In this document: one piece after another, positions 35,444-44,366 of the stretch | Numbering within the stretch: position 1 is the first letter of the stretch | Layout: every line of letters starts with the position of its first letter | NCBI GenBank assembly: GCA_050248955.1 | Contig: JBFWRK010000015.1 | Coordinates: 43,585 to 107,584, forward strand | Length of the DNA stretch: 64,000 bases | Reading direction: 5' to 3' | Origin: Acidimicrobiia bacterium | GTDB taxonomy: Bacteria > Actinomycetota > Acidimicrobiia > Acidimicrobiales > Ilumatobacteraceae | Made by a program: the position numbers and the translations under genes | Notes under the pieces: model-generated | The model's database searches: none | Told to the model about the DNA's origin: nothing | What the model saw: only the letters and a program-made list of their open reading frames with translations

Positions 35444-36883
35444 ATGCTCGATCTCATGGCCGGCTTCGTGGCAGAGCTCCGCAATGCGGGGCTGCCTGTC
35501 TCGTTGACCGAGAACCTCGACGCGATGGAGGCGATCCAGCACATCCCGATCGAGGACCGTGAGGCGTTCAAGTACGCGCTCGGCGCCACGATGGTCAAGA
35601 ACAACGCGCACTGGCGGGCGTTCGAGACGGTGTTCGAGGTGTACTTCTCGATGCGCGGGCCGCAGTATGCGATCAGCGAGGACGGCGAGGGCGACCTCGA
35701 CGAGATGTGGCGCGAGATGCAGGAGCAGATGCGCCAGGGCGAGGGGAAGGGGGCGGCCGGCGGCTCGATGGACTCGCTGACGCCCGAGGAGATGGCGCTG
35801 CTGCTCTACCAGGCGCTCATGAACGGCGACCAGGCGATGATGCGGGCGCTCGCCCGTCAGGCCGTGCAGCGGTTCGCCGGCATGGAGCCGGGGCGTCCAG
35901 TCGGTGGCACGTACTACCTCTATCGAACGCTGCGGAACCTCGACCTCGACGGGATGCTCGAGAAGCTCATGGAGGCGAGCCGCGAGCAGGTCGGTGGCGA
36001 GCTGACCCCGCTCGAGGAGCGCCTCGAGCACGACGAGTACGACTCGCGCATCGAGCAGTTCAAGAAGGAGATCGAGGCGGAGATCCGCCGCCGGCTCGTC
36101 GCCGATCGCGGTGCCGAGGCGATGGCGAAGACGTTGCGCAAGCCGCTCCCCGAAGACGTCGAGTTCATGCACGCGAGCCGCGACGAGATGCAGTCGTTGC
36201 GCAAGGCGCTGTATCCGCTCACCCGCAAGCTCGCCGCCCGTCTCGCCCGCAAGCGCCGCCACGGTCGCAAGGGCCCGCTTGACTTCCGCAGCACGGTTCG
36301 CCATTCGCTCAGCTACGGCGGCGTGCCGGCGGAGCCGAAGTTCAAGTACCCGCGTCCGGCCAAGCCGGAGCTGATGGTCGTCGCCGACATCTCGGGCTCG
36401 GTGGCTGCGTTCGCCCGGTTCACGCTGATGCTCGTGTACGCGATCCAGGGCCAGTTCTCGAAGGTCCGCTCGTTCGTGTTCATCGACGGCATCGACGAGG
36501 TGACCGACTACTTCCGCGGCACCGAGGACATCCAGGATGCGATCCACCGGGTGAACACCGAAGCGGACGTCGTGTGGGTCGACGGGCACTCCGACTACGG
36601 CCACGCGTTCGAGGTCTTCTGGGATCGCTACGGCAAGGACGTCGGTCCGAAGACGACGGTGCTGCTGCTCGGCGACGCGCGGAACAACTACCACGCGAGC
36701 CAGGCGTGGGTCGTGAAGGAGATCCGCCAGAAGGCGCGCCACGTCTACTGGTTGAACCCCGAGCCGCGGTCGTACTGGAACACCGGCGATTCGATCGTCG
36801 GCGAGTACGGCACGCACACCGACGGCGTCTACGAGTGTCGCAACCTGCGCCAGCTCGAAGGCTTCGTCGAGAAGCTCGCCTGA
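35444..36883 (+). CDS. VWA domain protein, CoxE-like partner of MoxR
   Basis: N-terminus MLDLMAGFVAELRNAGLPVS. MIDAS VVADISGSV. Sits 16 nt downstream of moxR. Confidence 0.8.
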   Translation: MLDLMAGFVAELRNAGLPVSLTENLDAMEAIQHIPIEDREAFKYALGATMVKNNAHWRAFETVFEVYFSMRGPQYAISEDGEGDLDEMWREMQEQMRQGEGKGAAGGSMDSLTPEEMALLLYQALMNGDQAMMRALARQAVQRFAGMEPGRPVGGTYYLYRTLRNLDLDGMLEKLMEASREQVGGELTPLEERLEHDEYDSRIEQFKKEIEAEIRRRLVADRGAEAMAKTLRKPLPEDVEFMHASRDEMQSLRKALYPLTRKLAARLARKRRHGRKGPLDFRSTVRHSLSYGGVPAEPKFKYPRPAKPELMVVADISGSVAAFARFTLMLVYAIQGQFSKVRSFVFIDGIDEVTDYFRGTEDIQDAIHRVNTEADVVWVDGHSDYGHAFEVFWDRYGKDVGPKTTVLLLGDARNNYHASQAWVVKEIRQKARHVYWLNPEPRSYWNTGDSIVGEYGTHTDGVYECRNLRQLEGFVEKLA

Positions 36884-36896
36884 CCCGGTTGCTCGG

Positions 36897-38390
36897 TCAC
36901 GAGCGCTGGTAGTTGGGTGCTTCCTTCGTGATGATCACGTCGTGCGGGTGGCTCTCGGCGCGGCCGGCCGCGGTGACCCGCATGAAGCGGCTGCCCGTGC
37001 GCAACGACTCGAGCGTGGCCGCCCCGGCGTAGCCCATGCCGGAGCGCAGGCCGCCGACGAGCTGATGGGTCACGTCGGAGAGGCGCCCGGCGTAGGGCAC
37101 GCGCCCTTCGATGCCCTCCGGCACGACCTTGCGCGTCCCCGAGCCGCTCGACGAGGACTGTCCGCTCCCGTAGCGGTCGGCACCCAGACCCTGCATCGCA
37201 CCGAGCGAGCCCATCCCACGGTAGGTCTTGTAGCGGCGACCCTCGAGCAGCTCCTGCTCTCCGGGTGCCTCGTCGGTGCCGGCGAGGATCGAGCCGAGCA
37301 TCACCGTCTCCGCCCCGGCGGCAATCGCCTTGACGACGTCGCCCGAGTAGGCGATCCCGCCGTCACCGATCACCGGGATCCCGAGCCGGCGGGCACGCCG
37401 GGCGGCGAACCAGATCGCCGACAGCTGCGGCATCCCCGCCCCGGAGACGACGCGCGTCGTGCAGATCGATCCGGCGCCGACGCCGACCTTCACCGCATCG
37501 GCGCCCGCGGAGACGAGCGCCTCGACGCCCTCCTCGGTCACGACGTTCCCCGCCACGACGGCGATGCCGGGCCAACTCGCCTTCAGCCGCTCGATCGCCT
37601 TGATGACGCCGGCGGAGTGGCCGTGCGCGGTGTCGATCACGAGCGCATCGACACCCTGGCCCACGAGCGACTCGGCACGGTCCTCGAGATCGGCACCGAC
37701 GCCGATCGCTGCCGCGACGCGCAACCGCCCGCCACTGTCCTTCGTCGCGTTCGGGAAGTCCTGGCGCTTCTGGATGTCCTTGACGGTGATCAGGCCGGCG
37801 AGACGGCCGTGGTCGTCGACCAGCGGCAGCTTCTCGATGCGGTACTGCTGCAGCAGCGCCTTCGCACCATCGAGCGTGGTGCCGATCGGTGCCGTGATCA
37901 GCCGATCTCCCGTCATGAACTCGCTGATCGGGCGGGCGAAGTCGGCAGCCGAGCAGAACCGGATGTCGCGGTTCGTCAGGATCCCGACGAGGATGCCGTC
38001 GGGATCCGTGATCGGCACGCCGGAGAAGCTGAACCGGGCCATGAGCGCTTCCGCGTCGGCGAGCGCTGCGGTCGGCGGGAGCGTCACCGGGTCGGTGATC
38101 ATACCCGACTGCGAGCGCTTGACCCGTTGGACCTCCGCAGCCTGATCGGCGATCGAGAGGTTCCGATGGATCACACCGATGCCGCCCTGACGAGCGAGCG
38201 CGATCGCCATCCGCGCTTCAGTCACCTTGTCCATCGCCGCGGACACCAGCGGGATCGCGAGCTCGATGTCGGCCGCGAACGTCGCCGAGGTGTCGACGGC
38301 GTCGGGGAGCACCTCGCTGTAACCGGGGACGACGACGACGTCGTCGAAGGTCAGTGCCTCGAACCGGTCGAAGAACTCGTGGTTGGTCAT
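36897..38390 (-). CDS. guaB: IMP dehydrogenase
   Basis: [18 protein letters not shown] pair, [11 protein letters not shown] catalytic loop. Confidence 0.95.
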   Translation of the reverse strand: MTNHEFFDRFEALTFDDVVVVPGYSEVLPDAVDTSATFAADIELAIPLVSAAMDKVTEARMAIALARQGGIGVIHRNLSIADQAAEVQRVKRSQSGMITDPVTLPPTAALADAEALMARFSFSGVPITDPDGILVGILTNRDIRFCSAADFARPISEFMTGDRLITAPIGTTLDGAKALLQQYRIEKLPLVDDHGRLAGLITVKDIQKRQDFPNATKDSGGRLRVAAAIGVGADLEDRAESLVGQGVDALVIDTAHGHSAGVIKAIERLKASWPGIAVVAGNVVTEEGVEALVSAGADAVKVGVGAGSICTTRVVSGAGMPQLSAIWFAARRARRLGIPVIGDGGIAYSGDVVKAIAAGAETVMLGSILAGTDEAPGEQELLEGRRYKTYRGMGSLGAMQGLGADRYGSGQSSSSGSGTRKVVPEGIEGRVPYAGRLSDVTHQLVGGLRSGMGYAGAATLESLRTGSRFMRVTAAGRAESHPHDVIITKEAPNYQRS

Positions 38391-38998
38391 CTGGTTGCCT
38401 CCTCGCGCGTGCAGAGATCTCGAAGGGTGTCGATCAACAGGCGATGCTCCGCGTGGTGCACGCGCGCTGCGAGTGTCTCGACGGTGTCGCCGTCGTTGAT
38501 GGGAACGGTCGCGGTGGCGAGGACGGGTCCGTCGTCGACACCCTCGTCGGGAACGAGATGGACCATGACGCCCGTCTCGGATCGCGTCCCGGCCAGGAAC
38601 TCGGCATGGGCCCGCTCGATCGCGTGCAGCCCCGGCAGCTCACCGGGCAGCGCGGGGTGCAAGTTGACGACGCGACCGGGGAAGCGACCGAGGAACGGCA
38701 TCGAGAGCAGGCGGCGCCATCCGGCCAGGACGACCCAGTCCGGGTTGGCGCGGGCGACCACGCGGGCGAGCCGCTCGTCGTAGGCGGTGCGTTCCTCGTC
38801 GGGCCCTGGCTCGCACGACACGGCGGTGACGCCGCGTGCCGACTCGGCCCGCCGCAGGGCTCGGGCAGCGGGGCGGTCGCTGACCACGTGAGTGACGCGC
38901 GCCGGCAGTTCGCCGGCGGCGCAGGCGTCGAGGATCGCCTGGAGGTTGGAACCGTCCCCGGAGGCGAGCACGACGAGCCGTGCCGGACGCGCGGTCAC
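38387..38998 (-). CDS. purN: Phosphoribosylglycinamide formyltransferase
   Basis: [19 protein letters not shown] and [10 protein letters not shown] motifs. GTG 38998 overlaps the purD-purM stop (GTGA). The stop overlaps the guaB start (ATGA). Confidence 0.9.
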   Translation of the reverse strand: MTARPARLVVLASGDGSNLQAILDACAAGELPARVTHVVSDRPAARALRRAESARGVTAVSCEPGPDEERTAYDERLARVVARANPDWVVLAGWRRLLSMPFLGRFPGRVVNLHPALPGELPGLHAIERAHAEFLAGTRSETGVMVHLVPDEGVDDGPVLATATVPINDGDTVETLAARVHHAEHRLLIDTLRDLCTREEATR

Positions 38999-41262
38999 GA
39001 CCGATCGCTTCCAGATGGCGAGGTCGGGCTGCGGAGCTCGACCTCGCGTGGTCCGGCGACGAGCTCGCCGATCAGCCAGGTCTCCTCGCCGATCGCCCGC
39101 TGCACCGTCTCGAGGTCGTCCGGCGCGACCACCGCGACCATGCCGATCCCCATGTTGAGCGTCCGGTACAGCTCGTGGACGGAGAGCCCGGTCGCCAGTT
39201 GCTGCACGAGCTGGAACAGCGGTGGCACCGGCCACGAGCCGAGATCGATCCGCGCGCCGCAGCCGGCCGGGAGGACCCGCGGCACGTTCTCCGGCAGACC
39301 GCCGCCGGTGATGTGGGCGAGCGCCTTGACCTTGCCGGTGTCGAGCGCGGCCGCGAGCGGCGCGAGGTACGAACGGTGCGGTGCGAGGAGCGCGTCGCCG
39401 AGCGGACGGTCGAGTGGCTCGGGTCGGGCATCGAGCGGGATCCAGGCGAACAGCTTGCGCAGCAGCGAGTAGCCGTTCGTGTGCGGGCCTGACGAGGCCA
39501 GGCCGACGAGCAGATCGCCGGGACCGACATCGCCGGCCGGCATCATCTTCGAGTACTCGACGACGCCGACGAGCGTGCCGGCGACGTCGAACGCGCCTTC
39601 GACGTAGACGCCCGGCATCTCTGCGGTCTCGCCGCCGAGCAACGCGCAACCGCTCGCCTCGCAGGCCTTGGCCATGCCGTCGACCACCGACGCGACATGG
39701 CTCGCGTCGAGGTGGCTCGCGGCGATGTAGTCGAGGAAGAAGAGCGGACGGGCGCCCTGCACGAGCACGTCACCGACGCAGTGGTTGACGATGTCCATGC
39801 CGGACACCTCCGGACGGCCTGCCCTCGCGGCCAGCTCGACCTTCGTGCCAACGCCGTCCGTCGATGCGATCAGGATCGGCCGCTCGAAGTCCTTCAACGC
39901 AGACACATCGAACGCGCCGCCGAACGAACCGACGCCCTTGAGCACCGCCGGCGTGTGCGTGCGCTCGACGCTCGCCTTGAGCAGGTCGACGGCGCGGGCA
40001 CCCTCGTCGATGTCGACGCCGGCTGCGGCGTACGAGAGGACCGTGGCGCCCGGTGCCCGCCAGGCGATGTCGCGGCGCACCTGCATGCCCTCGAACGAGA
40101 TCGTCGCCAATCGCTCGTAGGCAGCGGCCCGCGCGCCGGCGAGGTCGGCAGCCCGTCCGGTGACCGCGAGGACCCGGCCACCGGTCGCCGTGATGGTGCC
40201 GTCGGCGGACACACTCGCTCCGGCGAGGAAGACGTCGACCGCTGCACCGGACGCCGCGGCGTCAGCCACGGTGACGACCCCGTCGTGCACCGTCGCCGAG
40301 ATGCCGTGGATCGGCGCCGGCTCGGCCACACTCGAGGGATACCCGGAGGACGCGGCGACGACGGTGCAGGCGGCCCCCGGATGGACACGCACCTCCGCCT
40401 CGGCGAGCTCACCGCGCGTGCACGCGAGCGCGAGCCCGGCCAGGTCGCCGGCGAGGAGCGGCAGGAGCACCTGCGCCTCGGGGTCACCGAAGCGGCAGTT
40501 CCACTCGAGCAGCTTCGGGCCGTCCGTGGTGAGCATCAGGCCGGCGTAGAGCACGCCCACGTACGGCGTGCCGGCGGCTGCGAACGCGTCGACGACCGGC
40601 TGGACGAACTGGGCTGTGAGCGTTGCCGCCGACCACGGCACGGGTGCCGGTGCGAACGCGCCCATGCCGCCTGTGTTCGGTCCGGTGTCCCCCTCGCCGA
40701 TGCGCTTGTGATCCTGTGCGAGCGGCAGCGCGACCGCGGTGCGCCCGTCGCACAGCGCGATGAGCGAGCACTCGGTGCCCTCGAGGCGCTCCTCCAGGAC
40801 GATCGGCCCGAGCGCGGCGAGGCGCTCGATCGCCGCTCGCGTCTCGTGATCGTCGGCGGGCACCTCGACGCCCTTGCCCGCAGCGAGCCCGGACTGCTTC
40901 ACGACGATCGGTCGGCCGAACGCCGCCCACCACGCGACCGCACCATCGGCGTCCCCGGCGGCGAACGACGCAAACGCGGGGGACGGGATGCCGAGGCGCT
41001 CGGCGACCTCGCGGGCGTAGGCCTTGGAGCCTTCGAGCCTGGCGAGCTCCGCGGTGGGCCCGAAGCACGGCACCCCGCGCCGCGCGCACTCGTCCGTAAC
41101 GCCTCCGACGAGTGCGTCCTCCGGGCCGACGATGACGAGCTCCGGCTGGGACGCTCCGGCCGCCGGCAGGCTCCCGGTGATCGCGACCGCGTGGCCGTGC
41201 CGGGCGCACGCCGATGCGATCGCCTGCTCCCTGCCACCCGAGCCGATCACCAGCACCCGCAT
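38995..41262 (-). CDS. Bifunctional phosphoribosylamine-glycine ligase / AIR synthetase (PurD-PurM fusion, 755 aa)
   Basis: Continuous ORF. The PurD part (MRVLVIGSGGREQAI ... FEGMQVRRDIAWRA) runs straight into PurM (SYAAAGVDIDEG ... GGETAEMPG ... HITGGG). Junction near 40030-40060. Confidence 0.9.
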   Translation of the reverse strand: MRVLVIGSGGREQAIASACARHGHAVAITGSLPAAGASQPELVIVGPEDALVGGVTDECARRGVPCFGPTAELARLEGSKAYAREVAERLGIPSPAFASFAAGDADGAVAWWAAFGRPIVVKQSGLAAGKGVEVPADDHETRAAIERLAALGPIVLEERLEGTECSLIALCDGRTAVALPLAQDHKRIGEGDTGPNTGGMGAFAPAPVPWSAATLTAQFVQPVVDAFAAAGTPYVGVLYAGLMLTTDGPKLLEWNCRFGDPEAQVLLPLLAGDLAGLALACTRGELAEAEVRVHPGAACTVVAASSGYPSSVAEPAPIHGISATVHDGVVTVADAAASGAAVDVFLAGASVSADGTITATGGRVLAVTGRAADLAGARAAAYERLATISFEGMQVRRDIAWRAPGATVLSYAAAGVDIDEGARAVDLLKASVERTHTPAVLKGVGSFGGAFDVSALKDFERPILIASTDGVGTKVELAARAGRPEVSGMDIVNHCVGDVLVQGARPLFFLDYIAASHLDASHVASVVDGMAKACEASGCALLGGETAEMPGVYVEGAFDVAGTLVGVVEYSKMMPAGDVGPGDLLVGLASSGPHTNGYSLLRKLFAWIPLDARPEPLDRPLGDALLAPHRSYLAPLAAALDTGKVKALAHITGGGLPENVPRVLPAGCGARIDLGSWPVPPLFQLVQQLATGLSVHELYRTLNMGIGMVAVVAPDDLETVQRAIGEETWLIGELVAGPREVELRSPTSPSGSDRS

Positions 41263-42683
41263 CAGGCGAGCACGCCTTCGAACGAGAGCTTCGCCTGCGC
41301 CGATTGCACCGCGATCGGGTAGCGGCCGTGGAAGCAGGCGTTGCAGTACCCCTCCTCACGGCCGACCGCGCGCATCATGCCGTCGATCGACAGGAAGCCG
41401 AGCGAGTCGGCACCGACCTCGACGCGCATCTCTTCGATCGAGAGCCTGGCTGCCATCAGGTCGCCGTCGTGACCCATGTCGACACCGAAGTGGCACGGGT
41501 TCGTGATCGGTGGGCACGTGATCCGCAGGTGCACCTCCGTCGCGCCGGCCTCGCGGATGAGGCGCACGAGCGGCCCTGCCGTCGTGCCGCGAACGAGCGA
41601 GTCGTCGATCACGACGACGCGCTTGCCGGCGAGGTTCTCGGGCAGTGCGTTGAACTTCATCGCGACGCCACGATCGCGCATCTCCTGCGTCGGCTCGATG
41701 AACGTGCGGCCGATGTAGCGGTTCTTGATCAGGCCGTCGTTGAACGGCAGCCCGCTGCGGCGGGCGTAGCCGATCGCGGCGGGGATCGAGGAGTCCGGGA
41801 CGGGCACGACGACATCCGCCTCGGCCGGGCACTCGTCGGCGAGCTCCTCACCGAGGCGCTGCCGGACCTGGTGGACGCTGCGGTCGTCCCACGTCGAATC
41901 GGGACGGCTGAAGTAGACGAACTCGAACGTGCAGCGAGCCTGCTGCGCCGCCGGCGCGAGCACCTGGTGCCGGTGGAGCTCGGCACCCTGCAGCGTGATG
42001 ATCTCGCCGGGCGCGACCTCGGTGACGTCGACGCAGCCGAGGGTCTGCAGCGCGCACGTCTCGGACGCGACTGCGTGACCACCGGACGGGAGGCGGCCGA
42101 CCGACAGCGGGCGGAATCCCCACGGATCGCGGACGGCGATGACCCGGTCGGCAGCGAGCAGCACGAGCGAGTAGGCGCCCTTCCATGCCGGCAGCGTCCG
42201 CTCGACGCGCTCCTCCCACGTGCGCCCACCGGCTGCCGCGAGCATCAGCGTGAGCACCTCGGTGTCGCTCGTGGCGGTGAGCCCGAAGCCACGGGCGAGC
42301 AGTTCCTCGCGCAGCTCCGGCGCGTTGACGAGGTTGCCGTTGTGGGCGACGGCGAGTGGTCCGTGCATCGTCTCGACGAGGAACGGCTGGGCGTTGCGCT
42401 GTCCGGGAGCGCCCGTCGTCGAGTAGCGGGTGTGCCCGATCGCGTTGTACCCGGTGAGCGGCGCCAGGCTCTCCGGCGAGAAGATCCGGCTGACGAGCCC
42501 GGCGTCCTTGTGGAGCCGTGCCCGCTGCCCGTCGGAGACGGCGATGCCGGCAGCCTCCTGGCCACGGTGCTGCAACGCGTACAGCCCGAAGAACGCGAGC
42601 TGCGCGACGCCCTCGCCGTGCGGTGTCGACAGCCCGAGCACGCCGCACTCCTCGTGCGGTGCGTCGTCACTGTGGAGCGTCAT
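41262..42683 (-). CDS. purF: Amidophosphoribosyltransferase
   Basis: Propeptide plus ECGVLG N-terminal nucleophile and PRTase motif VVVIDDSLVRGTT. Start ATG 42683 overlaps the purC stop; the stop shares one base with the purD-purM start. Confidence 0.95.
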   Translation of the reverse strand: MTLHSDDAPHEECGVLGLSTPHGEGVAQLAFFGLYALQHRGQEAAGIAVSDGQRARLHKDAGLVSRIFSPESLAPLTGYNAIGHTRYSTTGAPGQRNAQPFLVETMHGPLAVAHNGNLVNAPELREELLARGFGLTATSDTEVLTLMLAAAGGRTWEERVERTLPAWKGAYSLVLLAADRVIAVRDPWGFRPLSVGRLPSGGHAVASETCALQTLGCVDVTEVAPGEIITLQGAELHRHQVLAPAAQQARCTFEFVYFSRPDSTWDDRSVHQVRQRLGEELADECPAEADVVVPVPDSSIPAAIGYARRSGLPFNDGLIKNRYIGRTFIEPTQEMRDRGVAMKFNALPENLAGKRVVVIDDSLVRGTTAGPLVRLIREAGATEVHLRITCPPITNPCHFGVDMGHDGDLMAARLSIEEMRVEVGADSLGFLSIDGMMRAVGREEGYCNACFHGRYPIAVQSAQAKLSFEGVLA

Positions 42684-43627
42684 GCGAACTTCCCTTCGTC
42701 GAGTGCGGCCTTGATGCGGTCGGCGACCGGGTAGGAGCCCGGGTCGAACGCGAGGCCGGTGATTCGTTCGTAGGCGGCGACGTAGCGGGCCGTCGTCGCC
42801 TGCCACACCTCCGCCGGCAGGACGGGTGGCGGCCCGTCGCCTGCGTATCCGGCGTCGATCAACGCTCGGCGAATGACTTCCTTGTCGAGGCTCTCCGGTT
42901 CCTCGCCGGCGGCGAGCCGCTCGTCGTACGAGGCAGCCTCCCAGAAACGGGACGAGTCGGGTGTGTGCACCTCGTCGATGAGCAGCAGGTCACCCCCGGG
43001 GCCCAATCCGAACTCGTACTTCGTGTCGGCGAGGATGAGTCCGGCGGCCGCGGCCACCTGCTGACCACGGGCGAACACGGCGAGCGCCGCCTCCTGCACC
43101 CGGGCCCACAGACGGGCCTCGAGGTAACCCTTGTCGGTCACGTCGGCACAGGTCAGCGCTTCGTCGTGGCCGCCGGCCGCCGCCTTCGTCGTGGGCGTGA
43201 CGATCGGGGTGGGGAGCGCGGTGTTCTTCCGGAGGCCATCCGGGAAGCGGTAACCGTAGATCGTGCGTTCGCCATCTGCGTAGCGCTTCCAGAGCGACGT
43301 CGACGTGACTCCCGTGATGTGGCCGCGCACGACCACCTCGACGGGCAGTGGCGTCGCCGCGGTGCCGATCAGGACGTTCGGATCGGGGACGGCGATCGCG
43401 TGGTTGGCGACGATGTCGCCGGTCTCGGCGAACCACCAGGCGGCGAGCTGGTTGAGGACCTGCCCCTTGTACGGCACGCCGGCGATGACACGATCGAACG
43501 CGGACAGCCGATCGGTCGTGACGAAGAGCCGCCGCTCGCCGGGGAGCGCGTACGACACCCGCACCTTGCCGACCCGGGGATCGGGGAGCGCGAGGTCGAT
43601 CTCCGTGAACGGCACGACGGCGGTCAT
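42680..43627 (-). CDS. purC: SAICAR synthetase
   Basis: GKVRVSYALPG...TDRLSAFD...LADTKYEFG motifs. ATG 43627 is 1 nt after the purQ stop. Confidence 0.9.
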   Translation of the reverse strand: MTAVVPFTEIDLALPDPRVGKVRVSYALPGERRLFVTTDRLSAFDRVIAGVPYKGQVLNQLAAWWFAETGDIVANHAIAVPDPNVLIGTAATPLPVEVVVRGHITGVTSTSLWKRYADGERTIYGYRFPDGLRKNTALPTPIVTPTTKAAAGGHDEALTCADVTDKGYLEARLWARVQEAALAVFARGQQVAAAAGLILADTKYEFGLGPGGDLLLIDEVHTPDSSRFWEAASYDERLAAGEEPESLDKEVIRRALIDAGYAGDGPPPVLPAEVWQATTARYVAAYERITGLAFDPGSYPVADRIKAALDEGKFA

Positions 43628-43628
43628 C

Positions 43629-44366
43629 TCAGAGCTCCTTCGCGTGACGGACACCCGCTTCGAACAGCTGCAACCCGAGGCCGCCGGCCGTGGCGCGGCC
43701 GGCGCGGGGATGCTGGCGGGGGACGACGTGGTTCTCCGGATGCGGCATGAGCCCGAGCACGACGCCGGTCGGGTCGCAGATCCCGGCGACGTCGCCGCGG
43801 GAGCCGTTCGGGTTGCGCCCGGCGTACGTGAGGGCGATCTGGTCGCCATCGGTGAGCGCCGCGAAGGTCTCGTCGTCGCACGTGAACCGGCCTTCGCCGT
43901 GGGCGATCGGACAGTCGATCCCGCCGTCGAGCGTCGAGGTCCAGATGCAGCGGGACGATCGAGGGGTGAGACTGACCCAGCGGCAGTCGAAGCGTCCGGA
44001 CTCGTTGTGGCCGAGCGCCACGTGACGGCCGGCGCCGGGGAGCAGCCCGGAGCGGACGAGGGCCTGGAAGCCGTTGCAGATCCCGAGCACCGGACGGCCC
44101 GCAGCGACGAACGCGGCGAGCTCGTCGCCGAGCGCGGCGGAGGAGAGGTCGAGCGCGAGCAGGCGCCCCGCTCCGAGCGCGTCGGCGTACGAGAAGCCGC
44201 CGGCGACGACGATGAGACGCGCCTCGCGCACGAGCTCCGGCCGTTCGACGAGCTCGCCGACGAGCGCGATGCGCGGCTCCGCTCCGGCGAGATCGAGCGC
44301 GAACGCGGCATCGTGATCGCGGTTCGTGCCGGGCCCGCGCACGACGAGAGCGCTCGGCCGGCTCAC
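43629..44366 (-). CDS. purQ: FGAM synthase, glutaminase subunit
   Basis: GTNRDHDAA, ICNGFQ, HGEGRF and MPHPE motifs. GTG 44366 overlaps the purL stop (GTGA). Confidence 0.92.
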   Translation of the reverse strand: MSRPSALVVRGPGTNRDHDAAFALDLAGAEPRIALVGELVERPELVREARLIVVAGGFSYADALGAGRLLALDLSSAALGDELAAFVAAGRPVLGICNGFQALVRSGLLPGAGRHVALGHNESGRFDCRWVSLTPRSSRCIWTSTLDGGIDCPIAHGEGRFTCDDETFAALTDGDQIALTYAGRNPNGSRGDVAGICDPTGVVLGLMPHPENHVVPRQHPRAGRATAGGLGLQLFEAGVRHAKEL

